DNA from: Gemmata obscuriglobus
Lineage (GTDB): Bacteria > Planctomycetota > Planctomycetia > Gemmatales > Gemmataceae
Direction of reading: 5' to 3'
NCBI RefSeq assembly: GCF_008065095.1
Contig: NZ_CP042911.1
Span: 4,800,001-4,832,000, forward strand
DNA length: 32,000 nt
The number at the start of each line of letters is the position of its first letter. The first letter of the stretch is position 1. The notes below the pieces were generated by a model. That model worked only from the letters and a program-made list of their open reading frames with translations. It ran no database searches and was not told the origin of the DNA. A program made the translations under genes and the position numbers. Shown here piece after piece: positions 28,685-32,000 of this stretch.

Positions 28685-28804
28685 TGGCGTGAAGTCCGAG
28701 TCCACGAGGATGGTGAAGTTTGAGATCGGCGACACCCGCCATTTCACAAGTAGCACCCCCTGCCCCGCTCGGGTAAACTGTCGGAGCCCCTCTTGGAGGC
28801 CCTC

Positions 28805-29362
28805 ATGCGACACGTACCGCTGATCGTCCTCGGCCTCGCCCTCCCGACAACCGCCGCTCCGGTCCCTAAAGACGCGGGCAAGAACCTGATCTACTTCCCG
28901 ACCGTCGTGGGTGCGAAGTGGGTGTACGAGGACGAGCGGGGCGGTGAAGAGGCGGTCGAAGTGTCGGCGGTCGAGAAGGACGGGGACGAGTTGGTGGTGT
29001 CTCGCAAGGGGGTGGACGGTACCAGCACGCGGTACACCCAAATGATCGTGTCCACCAAGGGGCTGAGGCAACCCAAGGACGCTTTCAACGACAAGCCCGA
29101 GCCGGTGTGGGTGCTGAAGTGCGGTTTACGGGCCGGAGAGTCGTGGGAAACGCCTTCGGGAAAAAGAACCCTGCACGAGGCGGAAGAGGTCAAAGTGCCG
29201 GCGGGTACGTTCAAGGCTCTGCGGGTGGTGGTGGAAAGCGGAACCGAGACGCTCACCTCGTGGTACGCACCGGGGGTCGGGGAGGTGAAGCGGACGCAGA
29301 AGCGGTGCGGCACGGTGACGGTGATTCGCTCGCTCAAGTCGTTCACACCCGGCAAGAAGTAG
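28805..29362 (+). CDS. secreted hypothetical protein, paralog 2 (ends LKSFTPGKK)
   Basis: ATG 28805 with GGAGG 6 nt upstream. The signal peptide is MRHVPLIVLGLALPTTAAPVPK. It shares YFPTVVGAKWVYE, VKVPAGTF, WYAPGVGEVK and LKSFTPGKK with paralog 1. Confidence 0.75.
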   Translation: MRHVPLIVLGLALPTTAAPVPKDAGKNLIYFPTVVGAKWVYEDERGGEEAVEVSAVEKDGDELVVSRKGVDGTSTRYTQMIVSTKGLRQPKDAFNDKPEPVWVLKCGLRAGESWETPSGKRTLHEAEEVKVPAGTFKALRVVVESGTETLTSWYAPGVGEVKRTQKRCGTVTVIRSLKSFTPGKK

Positions 29363-29415
29363 CACACCCACAACACCAGGAGATTGCCATAAGCACCAGC
29401 CGCCGACCGAGAGTC

Positions 29416-29856
29416 TCACACGCCCGGTCCGTCCGCTGGTTCCCGACTCCCAAGAGACGCCGCATCATCACGCACCACCCCCTTCCGACCAACAAAGGCC
29501 GCAACCAACAAGAGCGAGAGCCCCGTGACGTGCAGCAGGGACACGACAGCGGCAACGACGACCTGCCACCGCCGGAACGCTTCGAACCCCAGATTCTGAT
29601 CTTTGACAGAACTGAAGAGGTAGCCGTGAGCCAGTAAGGCCAATACCGAGGCCAGGAACAGGAGGCCACACGCGACCAGTACGATCACGGAGGGTCTGGG
29701 GTGACGACCGAGTTGGACCAACGAGATGATAAAGCCAATCAGGTACACCGCCAGCAGCGGGGCGTGATACGGGAGTTGCTGAAGCACGTATTCCAGCATG
29801 GTCACGAGAGACGCCCTCCGCAGCCGAACCAGTGTGGAACTGCACCGCTGCATCAT
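29416..29856 (-). CDS. small integral membrane protein, hypothetical
   Basis: ORF 29416..29925. Candidate starts are ATG 29856 and ATG 29799. It has three or four hydrophobic helices (LLAVYLIGFIISLV, VIVLVACGLLFLASVLALLA, VVVAAVVSLLHVTGLSLLLVAAFV). Confidence 0.5.
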   Translation of the reverse strand: MMQRCSSTLVRLRRASLVTMLEYVLQQLPYHAPLLAVYLIGFIISLVQLGRHPRPSVIVLVACGLLFLASVLALLAHGYLFSSVKDQNLGFEAFRRWQVVVAAVVSLLHVTGLSLLLVAAFVGRKGVVRDDAASLGSREPADGPGV

Positions 29857-29922
29857 CCCTGACCCAACCGCTCTTGGCAACTGCCATTCCCGAGTACCGT
29901 GCAGACCGACCGCTACCAAAAG

Positions 29923-29961
29923 CAATAAGCTTCTCCCAACTCCTACTCTGCATCTAGACTC
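29923..29961 (-). repeat. 38-bp motif copy D (faces the 29416 membrane-protein gene)
   Basis: The minus strand reads GAGTCTAGATGCAGAGTAGGAGTTGGGAGAAGCTTATTG. It has a one-base insertion relative to the other copies. Confidence 0.8.
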
Positions 29962-29986
29962 TCAGCCCCTACGGATCAAGGATCTG

Positions 29987-30024
29987 GCGTCTAGATACAA
30001 GTAGGTGTTGGGAGAAACTTAGAG
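29987..30024 (+). repeat. 38-bp motif copy E (inverted partner of D, 25-bp spacer)
   Basis: GCGTCTAGATACAAGTAGGTGTTGGGAGAAACTTAGAG. It lies 19 nt from the stop of the minus-strand gene 30044..30409. Confidence 0.85.
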
Positions 30025-30043
30025 TTGAAGGACGCCATCGCCC

Positions 30044-30409
30044 TCAGTCCCACACCGGTGGTCGGTAGGCCATCACGGAAGCTGCGGTCAAGAGTGCGGC
30101 CAGAGCGGTGCCGAGAACGAACAAAGTCCAACGGGCTCCAACCCCTCCCGTGCGAAACACCAGCAGCCACCCTTCAACCCAAGGACCAGCCCCGAAGCAC
30201 AAGTTGGCACCCAGCCCGTACACCACGAGGTAGATCAGGAACTCAACGTCAGACAGCAGTGACCAGTCGCGACCCACGGCCAGGGTGAGCACCACGACCG
30301 CAGCCAGAATCAGGTTGTACGCCAGCCGGAACCGCTCCCAGGACAGGAACACGGCCCTTGCCGAAGGCTCACTCGCCGGGCTCTCCTGCCACCAATCGGG
30401 CTCGCTCAT
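30044..30409 (-). CDS. small integral membrane protein, hypothetical
   Basis: ATG 30409 with GGAGG 5 nt upstream. The sequence MSEPDWWQESPASE is followed by four hydrophobic helices. Confidence 0.55.
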   Translation of the reverse strand: MSEPDWWQESPASEPSARAVFLSWERFRLAYNLILAAVVVLTLAVGRDWSLLSDVEFLIYLVVYGLGANLCFGAGPWVEGWLLVFRTGGVGARWTLFVLGTALAALLTAASVMAYRPPVWD

Positions 30410-30539
30410 TGGAACCTCCACACACGCACCTGCCACTCGGCCCTCAACACCGAAGCAGACGGATCGGTCCGACACAGACCTCAGCCAAGCACCATCTACC
30501 GATCGCGGCAGCTTCCGACGAGAGATTGGGCAACTCTGG

Positions 30540-31382
30540 CTACCGGCCACAACCTGGACAAACAAAAGCCCTTGAGCGATCGTAAACCGTACCACAGTAC
30601 CAACAGGATGCCACTCGTGGTTGCCCAGACCCTTTAGAACTCCCCACCACCATCATTACGATCAGGAGAACCACTGTGAGCGATGCCAGTACCTTTCCGA
30701 CTTGCAGAGCACCCTCAGTCCACGAACAGCCTCCCGCCCAAGCTACTGCACACGAAACGAGAACAAAACCACATCCGAACAGGACAAAGAACAGTAATAT
30801 TTTAGCCCGCCTAAACTGATCCGGGTCACGGTGACCGAGCAACAAACCGCCCCCACAAACCAACAGGAGAGCGAGCAACCCACCAACAAACCACAAGCCA
30901 AGATTATTGGCCTCTTCGCTTTCTACCTTTGCCTTTCGGGTTCTGACCCTCCCCCGCACTTTCGGTTGTTGCTCCTTCTCGGCACCGTCTACAAGCTCGA
31001 ATTGTACCGGGAGCACCAGCCGCCCTGGAACTGTACGTTCCTCGGGGGACTGCGAGGTGGAATAAGACTTAACTAGAATCCCGAGTCGAGGTGAGCTTGA
31101 CGGAGACGGCACGACAATCGCCTGACCACATCTCAGACAGTCAACTTCCGCACCAGCACTCTGACCATCCACCTTCAACTCCATTAAACAGGACGGGCAG
31201 AGGAACTCGATTCGGGGTTTGGGTGAAGGAGCGGGCGGTTGCGGCGGTGGGGACACTGGTGCGGCGGAAGCACCCGGAACGGTGACCGCGTTACTGCACT
31301 TCGGACAGGCAACCGTCGCACCGGCCCGATCGGCACCGAACGTCAGGCGTACTTTGCAGGCGGGGCAGTGGACAGTGGGCAT
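30540..31382 (-). CDS. zinc-ribbon membrane protein, hypothetical
   Basis: It has three CxxC...CxxC zinc-ribbon units (CPACK...CPKC, CPSC...CLRC, CWYC...CPGC). These flank a proline-rich linker and three or four TM helices. Confidence 0.65.
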   Translation of the reverse strand: MPTVHCPACKVRLTFGADRAGATVACPKCSNAVTVPGASAAPVSPPPQPPAPSPKPRIEFLCPSCLMELKVDGQSAGAEVDCLRCGQAIVVPSPSSSPRLGILVKSYSTSQSPEERTVPGRLVLPVQFELVDGAEKEQQPKVRGRVRTRKAKVESEEANNLGLWFVGGLLALLLVCGGGLLLGHRDPDQFRRAKILLFFVLFGCGFVLVSCAVAWAGGCSWTEGALQVGKVLASLTVVLLIVMMVVGSSKGSGQPRVASCWYCGTVYDRSRAFVCPGCGR

Positions 31383-31550
31383 GGGGGCGAACCACGGCTT
31401 GGGGAGCGGACCGGGGAGTTGCCAGACTAGCGAACGGCGACACTAGCGTAAAGGAACGTTAGGCAACCACCGTCGATCCGGAAGAGGCAAACGAGAGAGC
31501 CGGGGAGCGAGCACCGTCACCGACGGATCAGAGGATCGGGCCAGCCAAAA

Positions 31551-31589
31551 CCCCTACCTTTCTCCCAACCCCTACTTGCATCTCGATCC
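31551..31589 (-). repeat. 38-bp motif copy F (faces the zinc-ribbon gene)
   Basis: The minus strand reads GGATCGAGATGCAAGTAGGGGTTGGGAGAAAGGTAGGGG, 36 of 39 identical to copy A. It lies 168 nt upstream of ATG 31382 and 12 nt after the stop at 31602. Confidence 0.85.
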
Positions 31590-31601
31590 CCGGCCCCCGG
31601 C

Positions 31602-31799
31602 TCAGCACTTGGCAGGCAGAGGAATCTTCTTCAACTGCGACCACACCAGATCCAGGTTGGCCCCAACCTCGGCGATCTCCTCCGGACTCCACTCCACAGC
31701 CATGCCACCGTTCCAGACGGGCCGGACCAGGGCTTCGAGGTGTTCGAGGATCGGTGCGAGCGGACAGGGCGGCGAATCAGAAGACTCGATCGGGTCCAT
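31602..31799 (-). CDS. small hypothetical protein
   Basis: ATG 31799 lies inside ORF 31602..31904. The sequence MDPIESSDSPPCPLAPILEHLEALVRPVWNGGMAVEWSPEEIAEVGANLDLVWSQLKK is protein-like but I recognise no motif. Confidence 0.35.
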   Translation of the reverse strand: MDPIESSDSPPCPLAPILEHLEALVRPVWNGGMAVEWSPEEIAEVGANLDLVWSQLKKIPLPAKC

Positions 31800-32000
31800 A
31801 ATGACGGGAGTGGGGCAGTCGGACGAGGGCGTAAAGGACTGGCGAGGGTTGGCCACGGTGGGCTCCTGCGAGCGGGATCGGACAAGCCGGTAAAAGCCTC
31901 CCAAGCAGTATGCAAAATTCCAATTTAGTACGCAAGTAGATACCGACGATTTTTCAGTTTATTCCGCCTCTTCCTTCTCGTCCGGTTTTTTCATTTGCAA

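Noticed and set aside
29468-29953. 161-aa minus-strand ORF that starts at the ATG inside motif copy D.
   Set aside because: It is an alternative frame of the membrane-protein ORF 29416..29925. Its product is Arg/Gly-rich with no helices, while the other frame gives clean TM segments.
25445-30024. Interpretation of the inverted motif pairs as integron attC sites (a cassette array).
   Set aside because: The integrase at 22460 lacks any sign of the IntI-specific insertion and sits at a tRNA att site. The motif ends do not fit the RYYYAAC / GTTRRRY core sites. The genes have their own SD sequences, stand in mixed orientation, and carry the motif upstream rather than downstream.
25445-31589. Interpretation of the repeated motif as a CRISPR array.
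   Set aside because: The copies occur in both orientations and at irregular spacing (25 bp to 3 kb). Full genes lie between them, the copies are only 75-92% identical, and no cas genes are present.

Overview
This is a high-GC bacterial chromosome segment. Hand counts give about 73% GC in a 60-nt line of pheT. It looks planctomycete (Gemmata-like), based on a DUF1559/prepilin-type protein, an RRM RNA-binding protein, a SET-domain protein and pheT. I see four zones. (1) Core genes lie at 1-3.9 kb and 9.3-15.9 kb. (2) A nest of four IS elements lies at 3917-9060. An ISAzo13-like element abuts an IS701-like element, which is itself split by an IS5-family element and by a second IS701-like element. 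The insertion junctions within the IS701-like element can be reconstructed by hand. (3) A lower-GC R-M-like operon lies at 16.2-22.2 kb. Its methyltransferase-like gene is split by an IS3 element, its Eco57I-family adenine methyltransferase is broken by a frameshift, and its T5orf172/GIY-YIG + SF2-helicase protein is intact. (4) From 22.3 kb to the window end there is an integrative island. It starts at a 3' fragment of tRNA-Leu(CAA) next to a tyrosine integrase. It carries orphan genes (one very AT-rich, with a G11 tract upstream), two paralogous secreted proteins and a large serine recombinase. It also carries at least six copies of an asymmetric ~38-bp motif in both orientations, one of which overlaps the recombinase stop codon. 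Each gene-facing copy lies 66-168 nt upstream of a start codon. Zone 4 is my best candidate for an undescribed system. I hypothesise a multi-site DNA inversion / cassette-switching locus, but this is inference from sequence only. All product names come from motif recognition by eye. No database searches or folding programs were run, and most start codons are judgement calls.
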